This document shows positions 12,231 through 25,270 of a DNA stretch of 64,000 bases, piece by piece (the first letter of the stretch is position 1; the number at the start of each line of letters is the position of its first letter). The position numbers and the translations under genes were made by a program. The stretch comes from Dendrobates tinctorius. Lineage: Eukaryota. The stretch covers positions 186,001 to 250,000 of the forward strand of contig NW_027362202.1 of assembly GCF_039654945.1 (NCBI RefSeq), given 5' to 3'. The notes beneath the pieces are model-generated. The model had not been told where the DNA came from. It saw only the letters and a list, made by a program, of their open reading frames with translations, and ran no database searches.

Positions 12231-15200
12231 TGATGCTCTCAGTCCAAGTATGGACGCAGGCAGCCTAATAAGCAGGACTGCTGCACACACAAAAGGGTGG
12301 AAAAATGAACGCTTGGTAACTGTGCAGAAAAGCCGAATTACTTACCAGTAATGCTCTTTTAATGAGTCCACGACAGCACCCACTGGAGGTATCGGAGCCG
12401 CCCCATTTGGAACAGGAAACCCTTCAGGAAAATCAAAGGGGCGGTCCGTCTTTCCTCCTCAGTTTTGCATTTCAGAGTACCAGGAGGACCGCCAAGGATT
12501 AGGCAATGTCTTTGCATCACTAAACTTCGCTTATTCATTTTTAGCAGATATACTTTATTATCGATATCTTTAGCAGGGAGGGAAGTGAGCGGGTGCTGTC
12601 GTGGACTCATTAAAAGAGCAGCATTACCGGTAAGTAATCCGGCTTTTTACCCTTCGCCACGACAGCACCCACTGGAGAGATTCCAGAGACCATCACCTGG
12701 GTGGGACCACCGTGCCAAGGACAGAACTGCCAAAGTTTAGGTCAGAAGTAGATGAAAGGTCAAGTCTATAGTGATTATAGAAGGTAGAAGGTGTTGACCA
12801 AATTGCTGCCTTACTTATGGTTTCAATTGGAACGTCTCCCCTCTCGGCCCAGGAGGTTGCCATTGCTCTAGTGGAATGTGCTCTGATGCTCTCTGGAAGA
12901 TCTTCATTTTTCGTGGAGTAGGCTAAGCGAATAGCATCCCTGATCCATCGAGAAATGGTGCTCTTCATGACTCCGTACCCTTTTTTACATCCCTGAAAAG
13001 ATATGAACAGAGCCCTACACTGCCTCCAGCTCCTGGACCTCTCAATATACTTTAGGACAGTTCTTCTAACATCCAAAGTGTGGAATTTCCGCTCCTCTGG
13101 AGTGGAGGGATCTTCAAAGAAGGTTGGGAGAAGTATCTCTTGAGATCTATGGAATTTTGTTGATACCTTAGGCAGGTATGAGGGGTCTGGTTTTAATATC
13201 AACATATCTTGGTATACCTGAAAAAAGGGTGGATCTATGGATAGGGCCTGGATATCACCCATTCTCCTAGCAGATGTCAGTGCTACTAAGAGGGCCGTCC
13301 TGAGTGACAAGTATTTGAGGGATATCGTGTCTATTGGCTCAAAGGGTTCTTCTGTCAGGGCGTCTAAGACCAGATTTAAGTCCCATGCAAGGATTGTAGG
13401 TATGTGAACTGGAGCTATCCGTTCGCAATCTGTAATAAATCGTGAAATCCACTTATTTCCTGCTATATTATGGCCGTACAGTGCCCCTAATGCGGACACC
13501 TGGACTTTGTGTGTTTAGTGCCAGGCCCAAGTCCTTCCCTCTCTTTAGAAATTCTAAGATAGGAACTATCGGGTATGAGGCGCTGTATGAAACTGCAGGA
13601 ATTTTTTCAATATTCTTGTATAAATCTGGGTAGTGGACTGCTTCCTGCTCTGTAGGAGTGTAGCAATTAGTGTTTCAGAAAACCCTCTTGATCTTAGTAG
13701 CTGCCTTTCAAATTCCACGCCGTCAAGTGTAAGCTGTCCTCTTGGGGGGTGGAAAAAAGGGCCTTGGGAGAGTAGGTTGGGAATCGAAGGGAGGACCCAA
13801 GGATCTGTCACAGACATAATTCGCAGCCATGAGAACCACAGTCTCTTGGGCCAGAATGGTGCTATCAAAATAATTCTCTCCTTGTCCTCTCTGATCTTCC
13901 GAATGATCTGTGGCAGGAGAATTATCGGAGGGAAGGCATATGCCAGGTTGAACTTCCATGAGGCCTGGAGGGCATACAGTAAGTCTGGGTGATCTGACGG
14001 AGACAGGGAAGCAAACACCTTTATCGGTCTGTTCTCTTTTGTGGCAAAGAGGTCCACCTGAGGTTGCCCCCATAAAACTACTATGTCCTTGAAGACTCGG
14101 CGATTGAGGCACCACTCCCCTTGCCGAAGTGTGTGTCGGCTTAAGAAATCTGCCTCTTGGTTGTTCTCTCCCCTGATATGAAGTGCCAAGAGGGACAACA
14201 AATAACTTTCGTCTATGTTTAAGATTCTTGCCGCAGAAGACATCAGAGTCTCTGATCGAGTACCTCCCTGTCTGTTTATGTAGGCCACTGTAGTGGTGTT
14301 GTCCGACAAGTTCCTGACATGTTTCTGTTGGAGCTGCGGAAGTAAATGGTGTAGAGCATAATATACCGGCATCAGTTCTTTCAAATTTGACGAGTATCCC
14401 CATTCATCTCTATCCCACCTTCCTTGACAAAAGCTACTCCCCATATGGGCTCCCCAGCCATGGGGGCTAGCATCGGTGGTTAGGATACATGATGGTACTA
14501 TAACACATGGGACTCCTGAGGATAGATGGTTATCATCTAGCCACCATTCTAGAGAAGTCAAGACCTCCTGTGATAAGGTTACCTTGCTCTCGAGATGCCC
14601 ACCATGTCGCCTGTCCTCTCGGAGGATCTGATGCTGAAGTGTGCAGATATGATAATGGGCCCACCGGACTGCCGGGGCACAAGAACTGAGCGACCCCAAT
14701 AGCGACATTGCCCCTCTCAGAGACATACGTGGTCTACTTATGGCTGCCTCTCTCTCTTTTGTGAGTGCAACCTTTACCTGAGGTAGTAGACATCTCTGGG
14801 TTGTGGAGTCTAACTGGGACCCTAAGAACATGTGAAGGGAATGCGGAACGAGTCTGGACATTGATGATCCAGCCTAGAGCCTGCAAAGATGAGATCGCGT
14901 CAGCGACACCTCTGGTACACTGGGTGACCGAGTTCCCGACAATTAGGAAGTCATCTAGGTAAGGCACGATTAGAGTGTCTTTTTGAGGAAGATAGGCCAT
15001 CACCTCTGCCATCACCTTGGTGAAGATTCTTGGTGCTGTAGAGAGGCCGAAAATGATGGATCTTGCCTTCGAATACCGCCGCGACCCTTAGGTACTTTTG
15101 GTATCTATCATGAATAGGAAGATGATAGTAAGCATCCCTCAAATCAATCCCCGCCATTACACAGTTTGGAAAGAGAAGCTTTATGGTGGATCTGATTGAT

Positions 15201-18119
15201 TCCATCTTAAACATTTTTTATAAACGTAGTAAGCTTCCTTAAATTTATAATTGTCCCAAACTTACCATCTGGTTTGGAAATTAAAAATAAAGGAGAGTAG
15301 AATCCTCTACCTTCCTGTCCCTCTGGGACCTCTACTAAAACCCCTTTGGATAGTAGGCTCCGAATTTCTTCTTTGAGGGCCTTTTGTTGAACTATAGAGT
15401 TTAGGCAGGTTATGATAAAGAAATAAGGGATTTGAAGGAATTCTATTTTCATTCCTTCTTTAATAATGCTTAGAATCCATGGGCTCTAAGTTATTTGTTC
15501 CCATTTTGAATAAAAAAATTTTAATCTACCCCTTACTGGTGGGTCTAATTCTTTAATATTTATTTTCCTTCTGGAATGTTGAACCCCTGAACATGCTATC
15601 CTTTTGCTTTTCCTCCTTTGTGGGCCATCTATTTGATCTATCCGCTTGTCTCCTCCTTCCAAACGGTCGCCTTTTAAAGGTTCTCCTGTAGAAAGGGATA
15701 GAAGAATCAGGGAAGGCCTTCTTCCTTTCTTTTGCTTTGGCGAGTGTCATCTAGGGCTTTCCCAAAGAGAAACTCACCCTCGCACGGGGTTGCGCAAATC
15801 TTAGATTTTGATTGCGCGTCCCCCTTCCAGCTCTTCATCCACAGTGCCCGCCTGGCGTTGTTTACAAGAGCCGCCGATCTCGCTGCCAGCCGCAGAGTGT
15901 CTGCCGATGCATCGGCCATGAAGGCTGCTGCCCCTCTGATTAATAGAATAGCGGCCCGCAGTTTTTCTCTTGACACTTTCTGCTCGATTTGTTGATCCAA
16001 TTGGTCCAACCATACGAGCATAGATCTGGCGGTGCATGTGCTGGCTACTGCTGGCTTAAAAATTCCCGTGGTAGACTTCCAAGACCTTTTCAATAACGAC
16101 TCCGCCTTACGTTCTAGCGGGTCTGCCAACAAGCCTGCGTCCTCTACCGGAATAGTAGACTGTTTCGAGGTAGAGGCTACAACGGCACTTTGGTCCATTT
16201 TAATAGCTTGTCATTGCTAAATGGATATTTTCTCTTTGAGTCCGATGGGAGAAAACTTCTTTGATCATGTTTTTCCCTCTCTCTCTTTATTAGGGCCTTA
16301 ATTGCCGGTATTACTGGGAACGCTCTCCTTTTCTTTTCTGCCAACCCCGCAAACATTATTTCTTGTGCAGCTTGGGCACCCCTTGCTTCCTCACACCCCA
16401 TAGTGTTCCTCATGGATTTGACCAGGTTATCCACACTATCCAGGGGAAAACATGACCGTCCGTCCATGTCTGATGATGACGAGGATGTGAGTGAGGAATC
16501 GGAGATTAACCCCTGTTCTTCCTCTGACTCTGAGCTGAGGGTCACCTGTTTTTTGCTCCTAGTCTCTGAGGGAGTACTGGCACGGGTGATAGCCTGTATT
16601 TCCTCCCTAATTATAGCTCGAATGTCCTTTGATGACACTGCCGACCCTTGCCTAGTCTCTCTGGTGCACTGTTTACAGAGCTTTTTGGGGTAGGAGTCAG
16701 GGAGAGGTTCAGCGCATAAAGCGCATTCTTTATGCTTGGATTTTTGTTTTTTCTTTGCATGGAGAGGGGAGACATGGCAAAAGGAGAGAGGGGGGGTGGA
16801 GAGGTCAGCTTATTAGGCAGAGTATATACATTGCACACTCACCCAGTGAAGCTTTATATTACCGGATCAGATGGCTGAGATCCCGTCCTAGGTCTTGACT
16901 CTCCCACCTCGCTCCTGCGGGCGGTGTCTGTCCTGGTGGTGTGGTCCCTGGAGGAGCTGCCCCCCGCAGAGTCTCCTGCTGGAGCGTGCACTTCTGTTGG
17001 GGACGAGATGGTTCCTGCCACTCAGCTGCGGCGCTTGTTTAAATAGATTGCTCCCGCTTTTTTTTTTTTTTCTTCTGCCCCCGGAAGTCGCTCCTCCCCG
17101 GGTTCCCGCACATGCGCCGTCGCGCTCCTCAGACATCCTGCCCCGGAAGTTCACTCATTACTTCCGGGGCTCAGGAGCCTCTGCGCCGGCAGGCTACCGC
17201 GCCACAGCTCCTGTATGCGGCCCGCGCTTCTCCCCACGCTGCAGCCACAGCTGCTCTCTCTTTTTTTTTCCTCTGTGCCACTGGCGCACTTACTGCTCCC
17301 TGCAGCGGCGGCTCCTGCGTTTGGTGCCCCTGGCACGCTCCTAGGTGAGATAGGGCGGCCCCTCCCGGACCCGGTCATCACCTCTCAGCCATCAGATGAG
17401 GGGGGAGCCGTCTAACGGGGTCTCCCCCGACGCTGCTTCCATATCGCAGCCCCTGTCGTTCTCATGGACACTGCACAGGCGGCGTGCAAATCCAGGTACG
17501 TCTTCCTGAAGGATTAGTCAGTGGCGTAGCGTGGGGGGGGCGGGGGGGCGGTCCGCCCCAGGCGGCACGTGTGTGGGGGCGGCGCGGCAGCAGAAGCAAT
17601 TCCTCTCCTCTGTGGGAGAAGCGCGGAGCCTGGACTCACTGACTGTACATTTCGGCCTGCGGGGCTGTGCAGTGAGGGGGTAATGTAATGCAGCCTCTTC
17701 CCACCCTTCCTCCATCCTTCTCCTCCGCCTATCGGGAGTCTCTGTACCCCTGCTACCTAGCAGCTTCTCCCTCCTCTCCGCCTGGACCCTCAGTGAGCAG
17801 CGCTGCGCTGGGCAGAGGCAGTGCTGACGTCAGCCCCGCTGCACTGGAGGACTGTCATGGTGGGATGGTCGCGACTGCCAGGAATGTGATGCACACAAGG
17901 AGCCATGTTAGGAAGAGCCAAGCAGTGAGCTGGTGAGTGCGGGGCTGGGGTAAGGTGGTCTGCGGCTGCCCCCGGCGGCCCTGTGTGCAGGCAGCTGTCA
18001 TCCTCATCACAGGCTGCGCTGGGTGTGTGTCTGCCTCCATTGTGTGCAGTTATGTGCCACCAACACCGCTGCCTGTGTCTCACCATGTGCAGCAGCGAAA
18101 GGATCTGTGCATGCAGCCA

Positions 18120-18995
18120 NNNNNNNNNNNNNNNNNNNNNNNNNNNNNNNNNNNNNNNNNNNNNNNNNNNNNNNNNNNNNNNNNNNNNNNNNNNNNNNNN
18201 NNNNNNNNNNNNNNNNNNNNNNNNNNNNNNNNNNNNNNNNNNNNNNNNNNNNNNNNNNNNNNNNNNNNNNNNNNNNNNNNNNNNNNNNNNNNNNNNNNNN
18301 NNNNTGTGTACACCTGTTTGTGTGTATCCACCTATGTGTGTGTATGTACACCTATGTGTGTGTGTGTACACCTGTTTGTGTGTATGTACACCTATGTGTG
18401 TGTGTGTACACCTGTGTGTGTGTATCCACCTATGTGTGTGTATGTATACACCTGTGTGTGTGTGTACGCCTGTGTGTGTATCCACCTATGTGTGTGTACA
18501 CCTGTGTTTGTGTATGCCTGTGTGTGTGTGTCTGTGTGTGTGTATACACCTGTGTGTGTGTGTGTCTGTGTGTGTGTATATACACCTATNNNNNNNNNNN
18601 NNNNNNNNNNNNNNNNNNNNNNNNNNNNNNNNNNNNNNNNNNNNNNNNNNNNNNNNNNNNNNNNNNNNNNNNNNNNNNNNNNNNNNNNNNNNNNNNNNNN
18701 NNNNNNNNNNNNNNNNNNNNNNNNNNNNNNNNNNNNNNNNNNNNNNNNNNNNNNNNNNNNNNNNNNNNNNNNNNNNNNNNNNNNNNNNNNNNNNNNNNNN
18801 NNNNNNNNNNNNNNNNNNNNNNNNNNTGTGTGTATACACCTGTGTGTGTATATACACCTATGAGTGTGTGTATGCCTGTGTTTGTGTATGCCTGTGTGTG
18901 TGTGTATACATGTGTGTGTGTGTATATACACCTATGTGTGTGTGTATGCCTGTGTGTGTGTGTCTGTGTGTGTGTATACACCTGTGTGTGTACAC
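18120..18995. repeat. TG-rich minisatellite (about TGTGTGTGTAYACCTR) with two N runs (18120-18304, 18590-18826)
   Basis: Directly visible. Confidence 0.9.
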
Positions 18996-19354
18996 TCTGC
19001 GCATGTGTCAGCACAGCAGCAGCTCTGCTTTCCTAGGTTTTCTGTCCCGTCCTGGCACCGTAGCAGCTGCAGAGGCTCCGCCCTATTGATGCTCCCGGGA
19101 GGAGGAAAGAATATGGCGGTGCTGCTGCCCCGGCTGGGAGCGAGAGGAAAAGGGTAGGACAGTACTGCACGGGGTGAGGTGGGATACTGGGGAGCATGGT
19201 ATGGGGGCGATTTGTGGGAGAGGCTGCTGGGTGCACCGCGGCCATTACCGGAGAATGCACCACCAACATCTGTACGGGAGAAGCCACAGACAGCTGTCAC
19301 ATGCCACATAGACATCACACCACAGGTGTCCTAATACAATAATCATCCCCCATA

Positions 19355-19550
19355 TAAGTGTTCTCGTACATCCCCCCATATATACGTGTCCTCGTACATC
19401 CCCCTATACGTGTCCTCGTACATCCCCCCCATATATACGTGTCCTCGTACATCCCCCATATCCATATATACGTGTCCTCGTACATCTCCCCCTATACGTG
19501 TCCTCGTACATCCCCCCATATACGTGTCCTCGTACATCTCCTCCCCATAT
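19355..19550. repeat. Minisatellite with a ~24-29 bp unit ATACGTGTCCTCGTACATCCCCC
   Basis: About seven tandem copies visible. Confidence 0.9.
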
Positions 19551-19990
19551 ATTTTCTGTTTTTTTCTGTCACATTATTAAAAATTATTATTAAAAAAAGC
19601 CATTAGGTCTTCATCCAGCATCATCAAGCTAATACATACATATATATATATATATAGAGAGAGAACTGCAAGAAGATTAAAGTCTAGAAATGTAGAAATA
19701 ATAACAGCAGAGTTAGTAGCAGACTAAAAATTAGATCTTTGAGTGTAGTGTGGGCTCTCCTGATGCTTCCGGATTATCATCGACCAAAGGGGCGGCAAAT
19801 TTTTCGACCGCCCCGGGCGCCACAAACAGTTGCTACGCCACTGGGATTAGTCCTGAGGTTCCCTGGGAACAGGAAACCAAAACAGAGGAGGAAAGGCGGA
19901 CCGCCCCTTTTATCTTCCTGTAGGGTTTCCTGTTCCAAATCGGGCGGATCCGATACCTCCAGTGGGTACTGTTGTGGCGAAGGGTAAAAA

Positions 19991-20615
19991 GATAAGTATT
20001 TTTGCTTTTAAAAAAAGCAGTTTGCACAGCAGTGTGCAAACAGCAATGCAGCCATCAGGGAGCCTTATAAGGCAGCCTAATAACCAACAGAGCTGATGCA
20101 CAAAAATAGAGCCTCCCCTGTCACTGCACACAAAGTGTTGTGTTGTAAGTGGAAATCGCTAACAGCAGAAGCAGTTTTTTGGTTCTTCTTCCCTGCCTAA
20201 CGCTCTCCCTTATTCTGAATTAGCAGCAGCAACCTCTCCCTAATGCTAAGATCGGCAGAAGTAAGATGGCGGTCGGCGTGCACGCCCTTTTATAGCCCCT
20301 GTGACGCCACACAAAGCCAGCCAATCACTTGCATGCCCTTCTCAAAGATGGTGGTGACCGATGCCTATGTCATCGCGTTGCCTACAGTGTGCGTCCTCCA
20401 TCATTGGCTGAAAAAGGGTGCTGGAAGCATCTTTTGAAACGCGACTTTGGCTGAAAAAGGGTGCTGGAAGCATCTTTTGAAACGCGACTTTGGCGCTCTG
20501 GTCGCCCATCTCGTGGCCGACCTCACTCTATGGTCGTTTTTTTTTTTTCATGAAACCCGATTTCAGCGAAAGTCGCTGACTTTAGGATATGACCGACCCG
20601 TTTCGCTCAACTCTA
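19991..20615. mobile_element. Terminal part of a hAT-like element that hosts DIRS A (continues at about 12231-12327)
   Basis: Ends in CGCTCAACTCTA, related to the TAGTGATGAGCG termini at 36315. The GGCAGCCTAATAA motif occurs on both sides of DIRS A. Confidence 0.55.
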
Positions 20616-20616
20616 A

Positions 20617-20863
20617 TGACACTATATGGTTAAGGACCCGTAGTCTGCCATACCGCAGCCCTATAGTGACCTGCTTTGCCGGACTTAGTCGTGTTCTTAG
20701 TTTTCCGTGTTGGCTTGTATTAAGTCCCTGTGAGGACAATTCCTGTTATTTTGGTCGGTTGCTTAGACTATCCCTGCGGATAGTTACCTATAAAAGTTGT
20801 TACCAAAAACACAAAGCCGTATCGCATCTCGACACTGCATCCTGCGTACCTGCTAGTACCACA
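20617..20863 (+). repeat. Second copy of the Gypsy LTR 3' part
   Basis: Direct repeat of 9783-10031 ending GTACCACA, with no PBS following. Confidence 0.88.
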
Positions 20864-21287
20864 GCTGCATCAGGGGACTATGAGACAAGCTGCAACAGGG
20901 GTTTGTGTAACATTAGCAGCTTCCTCAGCTGAGGAAGAGCTGCAGCTTGCTTTATCACCCATGACTAGATTGATAGGCTAGGAATGAAATATGGGAGGGG
21001 AATGGTGCACTGTATGCAGGCTCTGAAATGCTTTAACAGCGTGCAGCAGCATCAGAAAATGAGCGTTGGTGGGTGGGCGTGGCTAATCATGTGTAAGGAG
21101 TGGGAATAGTGGAGCAAAATGGCAACCATGCAAGACTTATTATGAGCACAACTGGCAGCAGCCGAAGCAGGTGATCTCTGGCGGGAGGTAAAGCATCAGG
21201 CTCACCAAGGATGCAGGTGAGCCACGCGTTACCCACCCGTCTAATCATGTCTCAAACAGCTTCAGCTAGGCTGTCAGTCATGTGCCA

Positions 21288-21658
21288 GTGAGCAAAAACC
21301 CTGCTGTAAGTAAAAAGCAAAAGTGCATTTAAATGACACAGGGTTAGCATAAAACCCAATCCCACAATCGACAAGATGACCCTGATCGCGACAGTCCTAC
21401 GCTAATATTAAAAACCTTACCATGTGTCAGAGTTGACCTGTGTGTGTCAATAAGGGCAGACAAAAAGACCTGGTCCCGACCAGTGGACCCCAGTCTATGG
21501 AAGCCTTTAAATGTAATTTCCAGCTCAGGAGGGCGGCCACACCCCGGCTTGCACAGAATGCAAAAATACAAAGAAAAAGCACAAAAATTGAGCTTGGTTT
21601 AAGTTGGTATACATGCAGCACGTAAACGCATGTTCACATTGGCCATAAAGCATGCAAC
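21288..21658. repeat. ~370-bp monomer of a repeat family found in tandem, permuted form at 24185-24328, 25230-25270 and 30306-31050
   Basis: Shared blocks GTGAGCAAAAACCCTGCTGTAA, TAATATTAAAAACCTT and AAAATTGAGCTTGGTTT. Confidence 0.75.
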
Positions 21659-21900
21659 CCTATTTTTCCTCGATGTGGGGGTGAGGAGGCGTTATAGTAT
21701 GTTGGTTGGTGGGGGTTTGTGTGGCAGGGCAGTTTTTTTGTCTCAGTCCAGCCCTGTATAATGCATTCCCAAATAATTTCCAAAATGCCTTTTGGCTGTC
21801 ACGAACACTTGTTTTCCGAGGCCAATTCCTCATTTTCCAAGTAATCTCCATAACATCACACCTGCAAACTACAAAGGAAAAACAATTAAAGAGGGATAAT

Positions 21901-23026
21901 CGTGGAGCGCCCACCAGGGCCGTGGGGTTACTCTGTACCGGTCCGGTTCTTAAGGGGATGTGTCACGGCAGCAGTAACCCGGTCCGTTGCCCTGGGCGCC
22001 CAATGAAAAATGATGATTAAGGGGAAATATAGTTTATAAGAGATTATTTGTTGCACCACCTGTGATACTCAGCCAAGGGTGGCCAGCGCTGCTTAAAGAG
22101 ACCGCTGGGGCTGATGGTGATGCAGCACAGTTGACAGCTCTCCACAGGTAGAGCTTAGTCCCAAGGCAATTATACGTGTTAGAGGTGATGGTGGTTGTGG
22201 TGCAAGGCAGGTGACGCTGTAAATAAGTCAGAGCATACAGTAGAGTGCAGTCTTCACGCTTTTACTCTCAGTTCTTCCAGTACAGTCCCCAGCCGGGGTG
22301 CTGTGTCCTTTGGGTTGGTGGTCCAGCCAGCTCTCAGGTAATTTGGGGTACACAGTGTCAGAACCCCTTCATATATTTCTTCCCTGGCTGTCTCACTGCG
22401 CTGGCTCCCTCCTCTTCTGCGCTACATCTTCACACATAGTGTCCCTGGCCCCGGATCTTGTCGGACAACATGCTCTAAGTCCCCTTGATCCTATCCGGCT
22501 GCCTTTTCAGCGAATGTGTTGGATGTGACTGCAGCACGTGCAGATACTGCAACCCTCCGGTTAGCTAGCTGAGTCCTTAGCTTCTCCACTAGTCTGGGGC
22601 CGGTCCCCTACTGCGACCTGGTCCCTCCACCAGACTATGGTCGGCGTGGGTGCGGGCCCCATGGGTGTATTCCTCACATCCGTGCCCCTAAGACCCCTTT
22701 CTCTCTTTCACTGAAGCTTATCTTTCTGTTCTCCCATTTTTCCTTTCTCTCCTTCTACTGTCTTCTGGTCTAGGGATGAGCTCCTCACTGCTCAAGTCCC
22801 CAGCTCCAACTGACTCACCCTTTCACTGTCACTTTCTTCAGCTCTCCCTTCCTGCTTTCTCCACCCACACCCTCTGCCTAGTCCCTCCCTTGCATGTAGA
22901 GGTCTGATGTTGGATGCAAGTTTCTGGGTTCTAGGTAGTGCTTCCCTCCTTACCTGAGAGCGGAATACCACACCTCTGGCTGAGGTGCAATACCTCTGTA
23001 GCGAGTGAACCCTCAGGGGCACCACA
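21901..23026. mobile_element. Solo LTR related to 4106-5176
   Basis: Termini CGTGGAGCGCCC and GGGGCACCACA; colinear similarity over the first ~350 bp; no clear TSD. Confidence 0.7.
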
Positions 23027-24326
23027 ATGGCATTAAAGACTTGCCACAAACCATGTCTCCAGAAACTAGATATGTCTGATATGGTTAGAAGAAGAAAACA
23101 GTATCTGAAAGCTCATGTTTTATAGAAGAGCAAGCCAGCATCTTTTGAGGCAGTAGGGACCACCAGCACCAAGGTATATGCATATGACATCTTTTCAGCC
23201 CAATTTCGAGGGGGAATTGAGGACAGAGGAGACCCATGACCTGCAGAGAGAGTGTGTGGCGAGTCAGGAGCGTATAAGGAGACTTGCACGGGAGAGAGAG
23301 AGAGAGAGGCATCCCAACAGAGTGCTGAGAGAGAGGACCAGCACCGCGAGCAGCAATAGTCAGCACAGCAACAATAAGGGTCTGTTTCAGTAAGGACCCG
23401 GGAAGCATCGCCGAGCATGCAGAGCGAGAGTTTGTTGGGAAAGGCTCCCAGCCACAGAGCACAAATCCAGGACTGGCACAGTAAAGACTAGCAGGCGTGC
23501 AGGGAGATGTACGCCGTGCAGAGCATTACATTGCGGCTATGCAGATGACGGCAGCTGCTCAGAGGCACAAACGCCGATTGGAAAGTTGCAGAGAGCTTCA
23601 CTCTTCAGCTCAAAAGTTAGATGGACTAGGGGCTCAGCAGGCAAAACTGGTGACTGCCCTCTGCCGCCAGAAGTGAGACCGTGTTTTGGGTGAAGATGCC
23701 TGAAGATGCTGCACTGGCCTCCGCCGGTATCTCATCACCTGTTAGACCTCCAGAGAGTAACGGACAGCGGCGCTATGATATGTAAAACTTCCTGTAGGGA
23801 GATAACAGGGAAAAAGGGGAAAAGACTGTATAGTTGAATAGCAGTTATATTGTTTACCCTGCATCCCCTTTTTCCCTGTTATCTCCCTACAGGAAGTTTT
23901 ACTGTTAATTAAATAGTTAACCCCTACTCTGCGCCTCTGTCACTGCATCCAAGTACCTGCTTTACATAGTCATCAAAACTCTTCCTGTAGGCGTTTTAGG
24001 CTCCCAATAATAGGTTCCTACTACTGTCATTTTCAATCACTTGGTGGGATTCACCTGCAAGCACTCAGCTAGATGCCAACTTCAACTGTATTCCCTCTAG
24101 TGTGTTTTTTTTTGTTTTAAAACACATGCGCTACATGAGTGGGTATAAAAGAGGGGGGTTGGTCATGCTATATGTGAGGGCAGGGAAAAAACAAAAATGG
24201 AGCTTGGTTTGAGTTGATACACATGCATGTTGACATTGGCCATAAAACATAAAACCTGCAAAAGACAAAGTGAGCAAAAGCCCTGCTGTAACTAAATAAG
24301 TAAAAGCAAAAGTGCAGCTAAATAAT

Positions 24327-24863
24327 AAACAATTACTTACCGGTAATGCTCTTTTAATGAGTCCACGACAGCACCCACTGGAGGTAGCGGGATCTGCCCC
24401 AAAGGAACAGGAAACCTAGAGAGACATAAAAGGGGGCGGTCCGCCTCTCCTCAGTTGTATTTCAGAGTATCAGGAGGACCGCCAATAGTTAGGCAAAGTT
24501 ATTGCACTTTAAGTTTAACCTATTTACTTCATATTTAGGGAATACACTATTAATACATGGTGTATCTATCGCTATTATCTTTATAGGGAGGGTAGTGAGC
24601 GGGTGCTGTCGTGGACTCATTAAAAGAGCATTACCGGTAAGTAATTCGTCTTTTTACCCTTCACCACGACAGCACCCACTGGAGAGATTCCAGAGACCAT
24701 CACCTGGGTGGGACCACCGTGCCAAGGACAGTCCTGCCAAAGCTTAGGTCGGACAGCTTGATGAGAGGTCACGTCTATAGTGATTATAGAAAGTAGAAGG
24801 GGTTGACCAAATTGCCGCCTTACACATAGCTTCGATTGGAACATCTCCCCTCTCGGCCCAAGA
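24327..24863 (-). mobile_element. DIRS1 3'-end fragment C (3' ITR, ICR, YR tail), related to element A
   Basis: ITR 24327-24457, ICR about 24601-24685 and the YR C-terminus on the minus strand; colinear with 12328-12850. Confidence 0.9.
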
Positions 24864-25270
24864 TATATTGACTGTATAGTTGAATAGCAGTTATATTGTT
24901 TACCCTGCATCCCCTTTTTCCCTGTTATCTCCCTACAGGAAGTTTACTGCTAATTAAGTAAATAGTTAACCCTTACTCTGCACCTCTGTCACTGCATCCA
25001 AGTACCTGCTTTACATAGTCAAAACTCTTCCTGTAGGAGTTTTAGGCTCCCAATAATAGGTTCCTACTACTGTAATTTTCTATCACTTGGTGGTATTCAC
25101 CTGCAAGCACTCAACTAGATATCAACTTCAACTGTATTCCCTCTAGTGTGTGTTTTTTATTTTAAAGCACACGCGCTACATGAGTGGGTATAAAAGAGGG
25201 GGGGTTGGTCATGCTATATGTGAGGGCAGGAAAAAAAAAAAATTGAACTTGGTTTGAGTTGATACACATG

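Larger units (their letters stand above)
17519..19843. mobile_element. Non-autonomous hAT element carrying two minisatellites
   Basis: 12-bp TIRs CAGTGGCGTAGC and GCTACGCCACTG with a perfect 8-bp TSD GGATTAGT (17511-17518, 19844-19851). Confidence 0.92.
12328..19990 (-). mobile_element. DIRS1-type element A, full length but degenerate, interrupted by a hAT MITE
   Basis: 3' ITR about 12328-12467, ICR 12591-12677, YR 12693-13720 (SARR, HSTR, HY), RT/RNaseH/methyltransferase-like region about 13720-15540 (YLDD, TTDAS, DLFA, AFPP), gag about 15553-17009, 5' ITR about 19880-19990. Confidence 0.95.

Noticed and set aside
17790-19089. Long Cys/Val or His/Thr ORFs
   Set aside because: TG minisatellite plus N runs; not coding.
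19355-19550. Regularly spaced ~25-bp repeats resembling a CRISPR array
   Set aside because: No unique spacers, eukaryotic context and no cas genes; a minisatellite inside a MITE.
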